Assembly (NCBI GenBank): GCA_016192705.1
Contig: JACPTQ010000014.1
Location: 15,503-79,502, forward strand
Direction of reading: 5' to 3'
Length of the DNA: 64,000 nt
Source of the DNA: Deltaproteobacteria bacterium
Lineage (GTDB): Bacteria; Myxococcota; JACPTQ01
The notes beneath the pieces were generated by a model. That model worked only from the letters and a program-made list of their open reading frames with translations, was not told the origin of the DNA and ran no database searches. This document shows, in pieces, positions 45,803 through 54,923 of the stretch (within the stretch, counting starts at the first letter, position 1; each line of letters starts with the position of its first letter). Position numbers and translations under genes: made by a program.

Positions 45803-47343
45803 ACCTGCTGCACGACGGGAATGTTGGCAACACCGGTCGGGTGTGTGACCGACGCGGGTTCCGCCTTGGCGCGAGCGAGCGACGAGACTTTTTCAACAAG
45901 CGGCGAAAAGTCGCGTTCCTTTCGAACGTATCCGTCGACGTTGAGCCCAGCAACGATTCTCGACGCCTCGTAGGCCGGTCGCCCGGAGTGAATTACGATG
46001 GGGACCGTGGCGGTTGCCGGCGCGCGACGAAGCGCCTTCACGACGCCCACCGATGTCGCGCCGTTTACGAGCAGGTCGAGGACGATCGCAACGGGGTCAA
46101 CTTCGCGCGCGAGATCGATTGCGCGTTCGCACGTCTCGGCCGCAAAGACCGCGAAACCGGCGGCCATGAACGCTTCGCGCGCCATGCGCAAAATGAGCCG
46201 ATCGTCGTCGAGGATGACAACGCGTGGCCGATCGGCGAACTCGCGGATGAGCGCCCGAATTTTTGAACGCCCCGCGGGACCGTCGGATAGGGCGATGCCG
46301 ATTCCGTACGTCGCGTCGTTTGAACCCAGCGGATAACGTTGAACCCACGCTACCTCGCCGCCCACGCGAATCGGAGCGAGAAGGCTCGGGACCGCGAGCT
46401 TCACGGTGATCGGCGACCCCACCGGAATTCGCCGCGCCGAGTGAACAAGGATTTCGGACGATGAAAGGCGCGCGACGACATCGGTCAGGTCGTCGTCGTC
46501 GGCGAGCGAGGCCTCGATTTCGGTTGGGAGCGATTCGGCCGATCGGCCCCGCATCGAGAGGAAGCGGCGCGTGAGGTTGGTGATCTCTTCAAAGGTGAAC
46601 GGTTTTTGGAGGTATCCGTCGGCACCGAGAGCGCGGCAGATTTCGAAGGCGTCGCCTTCACGATGGGTCGCTGTTGCCACGACCGGTATTGTGCGAATCC
46701 CGTCGCGCGCTTTGAGGAATTGGCAGAATTTCGCGCCGACTTCGGCCCTGTCTTGAAGGTCGATGACGACGAGCGCAATTCGGTGGGCGAGCAAAAGTTC
46801 CTTGCCGTCACCGACCGAATCCGCGGTGACGACATCGAATCCGCCGCCTGAGAGGCCACGGGCGAGCGAAGATGCGGCGTGCACATCGGAGTGGAGTACG
46901 AGAATTCGGTGTGGCGCGGCGTTTTGCGGTCGAAGCCGCGCGGCGGGCAGCGCTTCGGTCTCCACCTCGATGGGGCGCTCGCAAGCCCGTCGGATCTCCT
47001 CGATCGTTTCGTTCATCTCGACGAGGCGCGCGCGATCCCACGGCTTTTCGAGAAAAAAATGGGCGATCGTGTCTCCTTCGTTCTCAGGTGTGGCGTGCGC
47101 CGACGTGAGAACGCGAACGACTCCCGGATACCGGTTGCGGACCATCGCGAGAAACTCCGAACCGCTCATTCCCGTCATGCGTTGATCGGAAATCACAGCG
47201 TCTGGAACCGTCTCTTCGAGCGCGTCGAGGGCGGCCTCGGCCGAATCGAAGAGGTGGCACTCGTGATCGCTGCAACGCGTTAGCTCGCGGCGTAGCGCGC
47301 TCAAGATTGACGGCTCATCGTCAACAAGAAAAAGGACTCGCAT
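45799..47343 (-). CDS. multi-domain response regulator (REC - REC-like - PilZ-like - REC)
   Basis: N-terminal REC (VLFLVDDEPS..D), a second receiver-like segment, a central segment resembling PilZ, and a C-terminal REC (VVILDDD..). Confidence 0.65.
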   Translation of the reverse strand: MRVLFLVDDEPSILSALRRELTRCSDHECHLFDSAEAALDALEETVPDAVISDQRMTGMSGSEFLAMVRNRYPGVVRVLTSAHATPENEGDTIAHFFLEKPWDRARLVEMNETIEEIRRACERPIEVETEALPAARLRPQNAAPHRILVLHSDVHAASSLARGLSGGGFDVVTADSVGDGKELLLAHRIALVVIDLQDRAEVGAKFCQFLKARDGIRTIPVVATATHREGDAFEICRALGADGYLQKPFTFEEITNLTRRFLSMRGRSAESLPTEIEASLADDDDLTDVVARLSSSEILVHSARRIPVGSPITVKLAVPSLLAPIRVGGEVAWVQRYPLGSNDATYGIGIALSDGPAGRSKIRALIREFADRPRVVILDDDRLILRMAREAFMAAGFAVFAAETCERAIDLAREVDPVAIVLDLLVNGATSVGVVKALRRAPATATVPIVIHSGRPAYEASRIVAGLNVDGYVRKERDFSPLVEKVSSLARAKAEPASVTHPTGVANIPVVQQV

Positions 47344-47565
47344 CCGACGACCTCCAAATTCTAATTCTGCCTACGTTATCCCACACCGTATTTTCGGCGC
47401 CGCGTGGCGCGCTGCCTTGTTAGAAAAGCAAATCGTGGGCCGAGGCGCGGACCCAAGTCGCGCGGGAAAAATCGCAGTGATAACCAGCCGGCGTGCCCGA
47501 TCTCTCGGCACGACAGCGGATCGAGAGCTTAGAATTCCAATCGTTCGATCATTTTTCTTCAGAAG

Positions 47566-48486
47566 TCAGGAGCGCGGGTGCAGGCGATCGATGACGGATT
47601 TGAGGCGCTTGCGATCAACATGGGTGTAAATCTGCGTGGTCGCGATGCTTTGATGGCCGAGGAGAAGTTGCACGGAACGGAGGTCGGCGCCGCGTTCGAG
47701 GAGGTGCGTCGCGAAGGAGTGGCGGAGCGTGTGCGGAGAAAACGTCGCGACGATTCCGGCGTCGCGGGCGCGTCGGCGAAGCAATTTCCAAAAACCCTGG
47801 CGCGTCATCGCGCGTCCGCGCGGCGAGAGGAAAAGCGCGCTCTCGGTCGCGCGTCGGACGAATCGTGGTCGCGAGAGCTTAAGGTAGGCGCGAAGGGCGT
47901 CGAGCGCGATTTCGCCGACGGGCACGACGCGTTCCTTGCCGCCTTTCCCGCGGCAGCGCACGATGCCGCGCGTTTCGTCGACGCTGTTCATGGTGAGCGA
48001 CACGAGTTCGCTGACGCGGAGCCCGGTCGCGTAAAGGAGTTCGAGCATCGCGCGGTCGCGCAACGTCGCGCGGGTTTCCTTGGGCGGCGGCGCGAGGAGG
48101 CGTTCGACGTCATCGAGCGAAAGTGCATGCGGCAAGCGGCGCCCGGCTGGTGGAACCGCGACTTCGCGCGCGGGATCGTCGGTTGCGCCGAGCTCGTCGT
48201 GCGCATAGCGGTGAAGTGTGCGAACAGCCGAGAGGGCCCGCGCAATTGAGCGAAGGCCAAGCCCCCGGTGAGTGAGCGATGACACGAACCGGCGAACGTC
48301 GTCTTCAGTGGCCGCGGTCAGCGATGTTCGTCCCGACTTGTCGAGCGTCGCGCGATACGCGTCGAGGTCTGCGGCGTACGCGGTTACGGTGCGCGGCGAC
48401 AAGTTGCGTTCGAGTCGAAGGTGATCGAGGAATGCCGCGAGCTCGTCGATAAGCGCCACGTGAGCGACGATAGCCGGCCCAGGTGT
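47566..48486 (-). CDS. tyrosine recombinase, XerC/XerD family
   Basis: C-terminal catalytic region ..HTLRHSFATHLLERGADLRSVQLLLGHQSIATTQIYTHV.. with R..HxxR..Y residues; N-terminal core-binding domain begins near ..ALIDELAAFLDHLRLERNLSPRT. Upstream 75 track codons probably not translated. Confidence 0.8.
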   Translation of the reverse strand, partial: TPGPAIVAHVALIDELAAFLDHLRLERNLSPRTVTAYAADLDAYRATLDKSGRTSLTAATEDDVRRFVSSLTHRGLGLRSIARALSAVRTLHRYAHDELGATDDPAREVAVPPAGRRLPHALSLDDVERLLAPPPKETRATLRDRAMLELLYATGLRVSELVSLTMNSVDETRGIVRCRGKGGKERVVPVGEIALDALRAYLKLSRPRFVRRATESALFLSPRGRAMTRQGFWKLLRRRARDAGIVATFSPHTLRHSFATHLLERGADLRSVQLLLGHQSIATTQIYTHVDRKRLKSVIDRLHPRS

Positions 48487-48520
48487 TGATCGCAAAGAAG
48501 TTGCGCTGCCATGCGCGATG

Positions 48521-49378
48521 TTACATCTCGACGGTTTCGCGGATTGGACGTCCGGGAGCTTCGTTGCGAGTTTCAGGTCGTCCGCAAGGTTCAGCGTGAC
48601 CTGGTTGAAGGGGATGGTCAGTCCGTTCTCGTTGCAGATCCGGACGAGCGCCGTATGGACGTCCCGCAGGAGGTCCTCGCGTATCCCGGCGCACCGTCCG
48701 TCCGCGTCCAAAACGATTTCCAGGTCCAGGGAACTGCTGGCGGCCTTCGGCGCTCTCGAACACGACGAGCCATCGCCAAATCGGAGCGGGGTAAGGGTAG
48801 GCGCCGATGCGGAGGCGCGATTCAGTGGGCAACCCGTCGAGTGCGAGTTTCAGCGCGCGTCGCCGAAAGTGGGCTTTCGCGAGCCAGTACGCGACGACAA
48901 CGGCCCACGTGATCCCCGAAAGGACCACGCGTTCAGCTGGGAATTCGAGCGACAACACGATCCCCGCGAGGAAGAGGAACGGGAGAAAGGGGTCCATGAA
49001 GGCGACCAAATCCCACGAGACAAAGCGGCGAGACCAGCCGCGAAAGACTTGGGCGCCGTGGGAGTTTGTAATGTCGAGCAGGCTGTGGAGGAGGACGCCG
49101 GCGAGACCCGTGAGAAAGAGCGGCAAAAAACGGCTGTCGGGATAAATCGCCGTGAGCGTGGCCGCGACGGCAGCGGCCGTGAGCGGCATCCCGAAAACGG
49201 AGTGCGTAAAGGTTCGGTGGGCGCGGAGCGCGGCGGCGCCGCCTTTGGCTTTTGAGAAGAGATCGAGGTCAGAGAACGTCGCTGACAGGATGATGTTGAT
49301 TGTGGCGTGGGGGTCGGCCGTGTCGAGACCGAGGAACGACAGGCTTGCGCCGGCGAGAGCGTGGCTGACGGTATCCAC
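48521..49378 (-). CDS. membrane-bound metal-dependent hydrolase (DUF457 / YdjM-like)
   Basis: MDTVSHALAGASLSF..TFTHSVFGMPL..LHSLLDITNSHGAQVF pattern of His/Asp ligands in a small polytopic membrane protein; the last ~70 codons are low-complexity run-on. Confidence 0.55.
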   Translation of the reverse strand: MDTVSHALAGASLSFLGLDTADPHATINIILSATFSDLDLFSKAKGGAAALRAHRTFTHSVFGMPLTAAAVAATLTAIYPDSRFLPLFLTGLAGVLLHSLLDITNSHGAQVFRGWSRRFVSWDLVAFMDPFLPFLFLAGIVLSLEFPAERVVLSGITWAVVVAYWLAKAHFRRRALKLALDGLPTESRLRIGAYPYPAPIWRWLVVFESAEGRQQFPGPGNRFGRGRTVRRDTRGPPAGRPYGARPDLQRERTDHPLQPGHAEPCGRPETRNEAPGRPIRETVEM

Positions 49379-49475
49379 GCGCCTGGGTTACACGCGGGGG
49401 GCGATTTAGTCAAGCGAGTCGGAATCGGGGCGCATAGATTTATTGGGGAAACTGGTCGAAAGTGGTGGGTTGGGG

Positions 49476-49490
49476 TGTGACGGTGTCACA
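49476..49490. promoter_or_regulatory. perfect palindrome TGTGAC-GGT-GTCACA in divergent intergenic region (candidate operator)
   Basis: 6-bp arms that are exact reverse complements, 3-bp spacer, in a locally AT-richer intergenic segment; a TTGACA hexamer follows at 49499-49504. Confidence 0.3.
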
Positions 49491-49565
49491 AAATGTAGTT
49501 GACAGGTGGCCTATGTAGGCGGAGAATAAGGAGATATACGGAGTAGCGTTGAGAGCTTTGTATGG

Positions 49566-49907
49566 ATGAAAAAGGTGTCGGGGGATAGCGTGATTAATCG
49601 GTTTTTTGACCAGGTTCGGCAGAGCTGGGCCGATGCGGGTGAGTTCGCCCAATCGGTTAAGGAGCGTATTTGGAGTGGGCCGGAGGCGAGGCGCGTTCGT
49701 GCCCTCGCGATTCCGGCCGCGCCGAGCGCGACGCTTGTCGACAAGGCCAAGGCGTCGGTTGCGCTGACGCTCATCGGTGTTTTTGCTGGAATCGCGATTG
49801 CGTCGCTGTCGACCCTCGTGACGTCGCTGATTTTTATTTACTTGTTGGTTACGCGTGTCCTCGGGATTCGCATCGACCTCGACCCTGAGGCGATGCCCAA
49901 GTTCTGA
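49566..49907 (+). CDS. small hypothetical membrane protein (single C-terminal TM helix)
   Basis: 113-codon ORF with hydrophobic C-terminal segment ALTLIGVFAGIAIASLSTLVTSLIFIYLLV; no obvious SD. Confidence 0.35.
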   Translation: MKKVSGDSVINRFFDQVRQSWADAGEFAQSVKERIWSGPEARRVRALAIPAAPSATLVDKAKASVALTLIGVFAGIAIASLSTLVTSLIFIYLLVTRVLGIRIDLDPEAMPKF

Positions 49908-49920
49908 GACGGAGGCTAGG

Positions 49921-52900
49921 ATGAAAAAAGTTTTTGCCGCGGTGGGTTTCGTTGTCTGTGCGGTCTTCTTGGGTGCGTGCGAAGACGCGGCGCAAGTGGG
50001 TGGCCCCGCTGTGCGGCCATGCACGCAGGACCCCGATTGCCCGTCGGGGCAGGTGTGTGGTGCAGCGCGGCGATGCGAGCCGGTGGCGCGCGTGGTTGAC
50101 GCGGGGCCGGGCGCGGATGCGGATGCAGGGGCGGTTGCGGATACGGATGCCGGGGCGGTTGCGGATACGGATGCGGGTGCGGAGGCGGATGCGGGGGTGG
50201 TTGTGGACGCGGGTCCCGTCGGCGGCGCGTTCGGCACGTCGTGCACGCTCGACAGCGATTGCGAATCAGGGCTCTGCGTTGGGGAGCAACCGGAACCGGG
50301 CGTGTGTACGCAGTTTTGCGGCGATTGTCCGCTTGGGTGGACGTGTCGCGGGATTACGACACGCGGCGGCTCGCAGACCGCGTTTGTCTGCACGCCAATG
50401 GCACAAACGGTTTGTCGCGTCTGTTCGACCGATGGTGACTGCGGCTCGGGGACGCGTTGCCGCGACGTGCTTGGGGAGAAACGATGTTTGCAAGCGTGTG
50501 ATGCGGTGAGCTGCACGGGCGCGGCGTATACGTGCGTTGAATCGGCGTCACCGACGAATCCAGCGGCGACCGAGAAAAACTGCGCGCCGACGTCGGGGTC
50601 GTGCGTGCCGTGCACCGATAAAGATGGCGATGGGTATGGTGTCGGAACGGCGTGTCTGGGAGTCGATTGCAACGACAACGACCCGAACATCCATCCCGCG
50701 GCGGTCGAGGTCTGCGACGGAATCGACAACAACTGCAACAGCCAGACGGACGAGGGTTTCGACTTGCAGAGCGACCCGGCGAACTGCGGGGTGTGCGGTA
50801 CAACGTGCGACACGGGGCGTGGGCAGGCGTGTTGCGCGGGGGCGTGCGTCGCGCTTGGTTCGGCGATCGCGAATTGCGGCGCGTGCGGGGTTTCGTGTGT
50901 GGGCGTCGGCGCGGCGTGTTGCGGGGGCGGTTGCACGACGACGGTGTCGAACGCGGCGAACTGCGGGGCGTGTGGGCGCGCGTGTGACGTGGTTGCGGGC
51001 GAGATTTGCTGCGGGAGCGGGTGCGTCAATCGGCTGAACGACGACCAGAATTGCGGCGCGTGCGGAAACGTTTGCGGCGCGAACGAGAAGTGTTGTGGCG
51101 GAACGTGCACCGACGTTAAGGCGAACGCGGCGGCGTGCGGCGCGTGCGGTGTGACGTGCGATACGACCGCGGGCGAAGCGTGTTGTGACGGCGCGTGTAA
51201 GAACACGAAGACGGAGCACGATTTCTGCGGTTCGTGCACGACGGCGTGTGGCACGAGCGATTCGTGTTGCGCGGGGAGTTGTGCCGATCCGCAATCGGAT
51301 GAGGCCAACTGCGGTGGCTGTGGTGTGAAGTGCCCAGCGGGTGGGCTTTGTTGCGGTGCGGGGTGCGTCGATCCGTCGACGGACGTTGCGAATTGCGGGG
51401 CGTGCGGTGCGGCGTGTGCGTCGGGGAGTTTGTGCTGCCCGACGGGTGGCGCGGCGCCCGCAGGAACGTGTCGCGATCCGCAGAACGATGTCAACAACTG
51501 CGGTGGGTGCGGAAACGTCTGCGCGGCCGGCCAGACGTGCTGCGGGGGCGGTTGCAAGGACCTCCTCGCTGATGCGAACAACTGTGGGACGTGCGGAAAT
51601 GCGTGCGCGACGGGGCAAACCTGTTGTGGTGGCGCGTGCGTCGATCCGAACCTCGATGCCCCGAACGCGTCGGCGCCTTTTGATGACGCGAATTGCGACG
51701 GCGTCGATGGTGTCGCGGCGAAGTCAATTTTCGTCGATGCGCTGACGTCGTGCTCGCTGAACCTTGGCACGAAGGCGTGCCCAATGAAGACGATTCAAAT
51801 GGCGATCAACGTTGCCGCCGCATCGCTTGTGACCGCGACGCCCAAGGCGAGTGTCCTCGTTTCAGCGGCGACGTACAACGAGTCGCTTACGCTCAAGCGC
51901 GGTGTGAGCGTTTACGGTGGTTACAGCGCGACGCAGAATTGGGCGCGGAGCGCGAGCAACGTCGTCACAATCAACGGTGGGACGACCGCCGTTCGGACCG
52001 ATTCGGCGCAGACATTTAATGTTGCGACGGTGTTCGATCGCTTCACGATTCTTTCGGCCTCGAACACATCGCCGGGTGGCGCGTCGATCGGCGTGCTCGT
52101 GAAGAACGCGACGAGTGCGCTGGTTTTGCGAAACTTGACGGTGCAGGCCGGGAACGGTGGAAACGGGACCGACCAATCGTCGACGCGCGCGGCGACGGGC
52201 GATTCGGGCGGTGACGGGAACACGGGCGGCAACGGCGCGGAGGATTGCTCGCAGTCGGGTGCGGGACGCGGCGGCACGGGTGGATGGAGTTCGTGCGGAC
52301 GGTCGGGCGGGCGTGGTGGCTATGCGGCGTGCGGCTGGGCGATTGGCGAGACGGGGCCGAGCGGGACGGGGTCGTACCCGGGTTATGGCGGAAGTGGTGG
52401 TGCGGGCGGGAATCCGACGGGGTGGCCGAGCTGCAGCTCGACGACGTACGGCGCGGGCGGGAACGCGGGATCGAATGGGCGCGACGGGAGCGATGGGGTT
52501 GCGGGGAGCGGAACCGGCGTCGTGAATTCGAGCGGCGATTGGGTGGCGTCGAATGGAACGCCGGCGACATCGGGCACGTCGGGCGGCGGCGGTGGTGGCG
52601 GCGGTGGCGGTGGCGGTGGGGCGTCGACGCATTCGTGCGACTTCTGGTGTTCGCTCGGAATCTGCGATGACAACTTGGGCGGCGGTGGCGGTGGTGGTGG
52701 AGCGGGAGGCTGTTCCGGGAACGCGGGCGCGAGTGGCGGCGGCGGTGGCGGCTCGTTCGCGATTTATTTGTGGAACGCGTCGCCCACGGTGCAGTCGGTC
52801 GTCGGGCGCGCCGGGACCGGTGGCAAGGGCGGGCGCGGGCAGTCGGGCGGTTGGGGCGGATGGGGTGGCATCGGGCGGAGCGGGGGCTCGAAGGCGCCAG

Positions 52901-53142
52901 ACGACGACGGCGGCGGCGGTGGAAAGGGCGGAAACGGCGGTAGCGGTGGCAATGGCGGTTATGGCGCGGGCGGTGGCGGTGGGCCGTCGTACGGGCTCTT
53001 CCGCGCGAACGCGGCGTCGGCGCCGACGTTGTCCGGGAACAGTTGGGTCAAGGGGATCGCTGGAGCCGGAGGCTATGGGCCGGCGTCGAACAGTGGCGCG
53101 ACCGGCGTCGCGTCGAGCTGTAACGCCGGAACCTGCAATTAG
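49921..53142 (+). CDS. giant cysteine-rich repeat lipoprotein (MopE-like metal-binding motif, at least 10 tandem NCGxCG..CC.G.C repeats, Gly-rich C-terminus)
   Basis: SD GGAGG 5 nt upstream; lipoprotein signal [20 protein letters not shown]; motif [41 protein letters not shown]; about ten ~30-aa repeats; C-terminal region of poly-Gly runs. Confidence 0.65.
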   Translation: MKKVFAAVGFVVCAVFLGACEDAAQVGGPAVRPCTQDPDCPSGQVCGAARRCEPVARVVDAGPGADADAGAVADTDAGAVADTDAGAEADAGVVVDAGPVGGAFGTSCTLDSDCESGLCVGEQPEPGVCTQFCGDCPLGWTCRGITTRGGSQTAFVCTPMAQTVCRVCSTDGDCGSGTRCRDVLGEKRCLQACDAVSCTGAAYTCVESASPTNPAATEKNCAPTSGSCVPCTDKDGDGYGVGTACLGVDCNDNDPNIHPAAVEVCDGIDNNCNSQTDEGFDLQSDPANCGVCGTTCDTGRGQACCAGACVALGSAIANCGACGVSCVGVGAACCGGGCTTTVSNAANCGACGRACDVVAGEICCGSGCVNRLNDDQNCGACGNVCGANEKCCGGTCTDVKANAAACGACGVTCDTTAGEACCDGACKNTKTEHDFCGSCTTACGTSDSCCAGSCADPQSDEANCGGCGVKCPAGGLCCGAGCVDPSTDVANCGACGAACASGSLCCPTGGAAPAGTCRDPQNDVNNCGGCGNVCAAGQTCCGGGCKDLLADANNCGTCGNACATGQTCCGGACVDPNLDAPNASAPFDDANCDGVDGVAAKSIFVDALTSCSLNLGTKACPMKTIQMAINVAAASLVTATPKASVLVSAATYNESLTLKRGVSVYGGYSATQNWARSASNVVTINGGTTAVRTDSAQTFNVATVFDRFTILSASNTSPGGASIGVLVKNATSALVLRNLTVQAGNGGNGTDQSSTRAATGDSGGDGNTGGNGAEDCSQSGAGRGGTGGWSSCGRSGGRGGYAACGWAIGETGPSGTGSYPGYGGSGGAGGNPTGWPSCSSTTYGAGGNAGSNGRDGSDGVAGSGTGVVNSSGDWVASNGTPATSGTSGGGGGGGGGGGGGASTHSCDFWCSLGICDDNLGGGGGGGGAGGCSGNAGASGGGGGGSFAIYLWNASPTVQSVVGRAGTGGKGGRGQSGGWGGWGGIGRSGGSKAPDDDGGGGGKGGNGGSGGNGGYGAGGGGGPSYGLFRANAASAPTLSGNSWVKGIAGAGGYGPASNSGATGVASSCNAGTCN

Positions 53143-53599
53143 GGCGGTCGTTCAGCGCGTCGCGCGGGCTTCGGTTTGCGTCGTCGAGGGCGGAAACGAT
53201 TGCGTGGTCGCCTCGATTGGGAACGGGTTTCTCGTGTTTCTTGGGGTTGCGCCCGACGACACACCCGACGATGTAAGCTGGCTCGCGGAAAAGATTGCGA
53301 CGTTGCGGGTCTTCGAAGATTCCGCCGGCAAGATGAATCGGTCGCTCGTCGACGTTGGCGGAAGCGCGCTGGTCGTTTCGCAGTTCACGCTTTTCGCCGA
53401 TTGTTCGCGTGGGCGTCGCCCGTTTTTTGGGGCGGCCGCAGCGCCGGTAGTCGCTGAACCGATGGTCGACGCGTTCGCCAAGGCCATCGGCGCATTTGTT
53501 CCCGGTGTGTCGACGGGGCGCTTCGGTGCGCAGATGGCGGTCGAGCTCGTCAACGATGGCCCGGTCACGATTTCGCTCGATTCGCGGCTCCGGATTTGA
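53138..53599 (+). CDS. dtd: D-aminoacyl-tRNA deacylase
   Basis: ..[59 protein letters not shown].. matches Dtd throughout. The conserved N-terminus aligns to codons starting at ATT 53138-53140, overlapping the upstream stop TAG. Confidence 0.8.
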   Translation: MRAVVQRVARASVCVVEGGNDCVVASIGNGFLVFLGVAPDDTPDDVSWLAEKIATLRVFEDSAGKMNRSLVDVGGSALVVSQFTLFADCSRGRRPFFGAAAAPVVAEPMVDAFAKAIGAFVPGVSTGRFGAQMAVELVNDGPVTISLDSRLRI

Positions 53600-53649
53600 C
53601 TTTGAGCAACGTGCTCGCCATCCTCTAAGAGGAGGGTGGAGACTCGGGA

Positions 53650-54831
53650 GTGATCCGAATTCGACCAGTTTTTTTTCTTTTTTTGGGGTGCACGTCGGTC
53701 ACTGCGTCGATGGGGCCGATGGGTCCGAGCGGAGACGCGGGATCCGTTGGAGCGCAGGGGGTTCCCGGTCCTTCGGGTGATGCTGGGCCGATGGGATTGA
53801 CAGGAATTGCCGGCCCGCCCGGTGACGCGGGACCGGCAGGGCCGCCGGGTCCTTCGGGAGACGCTGGGCCGCAAGGGCCTCCAGGCCCGTCTGGTGACGC
53901 CGGAGCGGACGGGAATTCTCGAATCTACGGGAGTGGTGTCGCGGGGGCGGTTGTTATTTCTGGAGATACGCTTTGGAGCGCATTTCCCCCGCCGAGCACG
54001 CAGTTCACGGATTTTACGGTGAATACTGGCGTTGAGCTTACCGTGACGAGCGGAACTGTGATTCGGTGTACGGGGACCTTCACGAACAACGGAACGATTT
54101 TTGTGTATTACGGCGTCTCCGGTGGCAATCGGCTACTGCAGGATAGCGACGCCGGCGCTCTTCCGCGCGTTCAATCGCCGCACCCCGGGTTCTCGTTGGC
54201 GCCAGCCGGATTTGGCCATTTCGGAAGCTCAGCCACACGTCAATACGGCGGGTCCGGTGGCAGTCCCATTTACCTGTTCGCCGCGCGAAACCTGACGCGG
54301 CCTGGTCCTTGGGGAGGTGGCGGCGGCGGGGGCGCCTATGCAGCGGGAGGTAATGGTGGCGGATCGCTTCTGGTTCTCGCGCGGACGGCCGTTGTAATTG
54401 GAGGATCGGGGATTATCAATGCGGATGGCGCGGGTCCGGTATGGGGCGGCGGCGGTGGCGGCGGTGGGATTGTGGTTCTTGCATCGGGCGGCTCCATCAC
54501 GAATTCGGGGGTGATCAGCGCGAAGGGCGGCGAAGGTGGATACAGCATTTCGCTTACCGCGGCAGGAGGCGGCGGCGGAGGAGGAATCGTTCACCTGATT
54601 GCGCCGAGTATTACACAGGGTACCGTCGTGGTTGCGGGTGGTGACGCCGGGAGCGGGGCGGAAGCTGTTACGGGCAATCCGCGTTACGCCGGTGGTGGCG
54701 GTGGAGCGTGCGGTGGTAGCGGCGGGACCGGAGGGACCGTATATGAAAGCGGTACCGAGTCAGTGGGCCAGTACGCGGGGACCAGCGGCTATTCCTTGAC
54801 CACATTGGAGGATCCGGCGTTTCATTTTTAG
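53650..54831 (+). CDS. collagen-like triple-helix repeat lipoprotein with Gly-rich beta-helix-like C-terminal domain
   Basis: GTG start; signal/lipobox-like [14 protein letters not shown]; about 22 uninterrupted G-X-Y triplets ([41 protein letters not shown]); then Gly-run-rich domain. Middle part is about 50-52% GC by hand count. Confidence 0.6.
   Translation: MIRIRPVFFLFLGCTSVTASMGPMGPSGDAGSVGAQGVPGPSGDAGPMGLTGIAGPPGDAGPAGPPGPSGDAGPQGPPGPSGDAGADGNSRIYGSGVAGAVVISGDTLWSAFPPPSTQFTDFTVNTGVELTVTSGTVIRCTGTFTNNGTIFVYYGVSGGNRLLQDSDAGALPRVQSPHPGFSLAPAGFGHFGSSATRQYGGSGGSPIYLFAARNLTRPGPWGGGGGGGAYAAGGNGGGSLLVLARTAVVIGGSGIINADGAGPVWGGGGGGGGIVVLASGGSITNSGVISAKGGEGGYSISLTAAGGGGGGGIVHLIAPSITQGTVVVAGGDAGSGAEAVTGNPRYAGGGGGACGGSGGTGGTVYESGTESVGQYAGTSGYSLTTLEDPAFHF
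53669..53684 (+). repeat. homopolymeric tract T8-C-T7 within signal-peptide codons of the collagen-like gene
   Basis: Read directly: TTTTTTTTCTTTTTTT encoding VFFLFL. Confidence 0.9.
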
Positions 54832-54923
54832 TGAAGTTGTTTCGTTCGCGCGCACCACGCGCTTTCGCCGCTTGAATTCGCGGGGCGGCTCATCGATGAT
54901 GCCGAGCCAAGAGGGCTTTGGCG

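Noticed and set aside
49528-49566. Perfect AAGGAG as the ribosome-binding site for the small membrane-protein ORF
   Set aside because: It lies about 32 nt upstream of the ATG at 49566, too far for an SD, and no alternative start codon sits 5-10 nt downstream of it.
50800-51700. Regularly spaced DNA repeats that might be taken for a CRISPR array or other non-coding tandem array
   Set aside because: Repeats are imperfect, in frame, and encode the Cys-rich protein repeat units; no uniform direct repeats separated by unique spacers, and no cas genes in the window.
49440-51770. 776-codon minus-strand ORF rich in PHAPQ-like repeats
   Set aside because: Exactly antisense to the Cys-rich repeat lipoprotein gene, which has a strong SD, lipoprotein signal and recognisable motifs; the antisense frame is low-complexity with no start context. 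Shadow ORF of a repetitive GC-rich gene.
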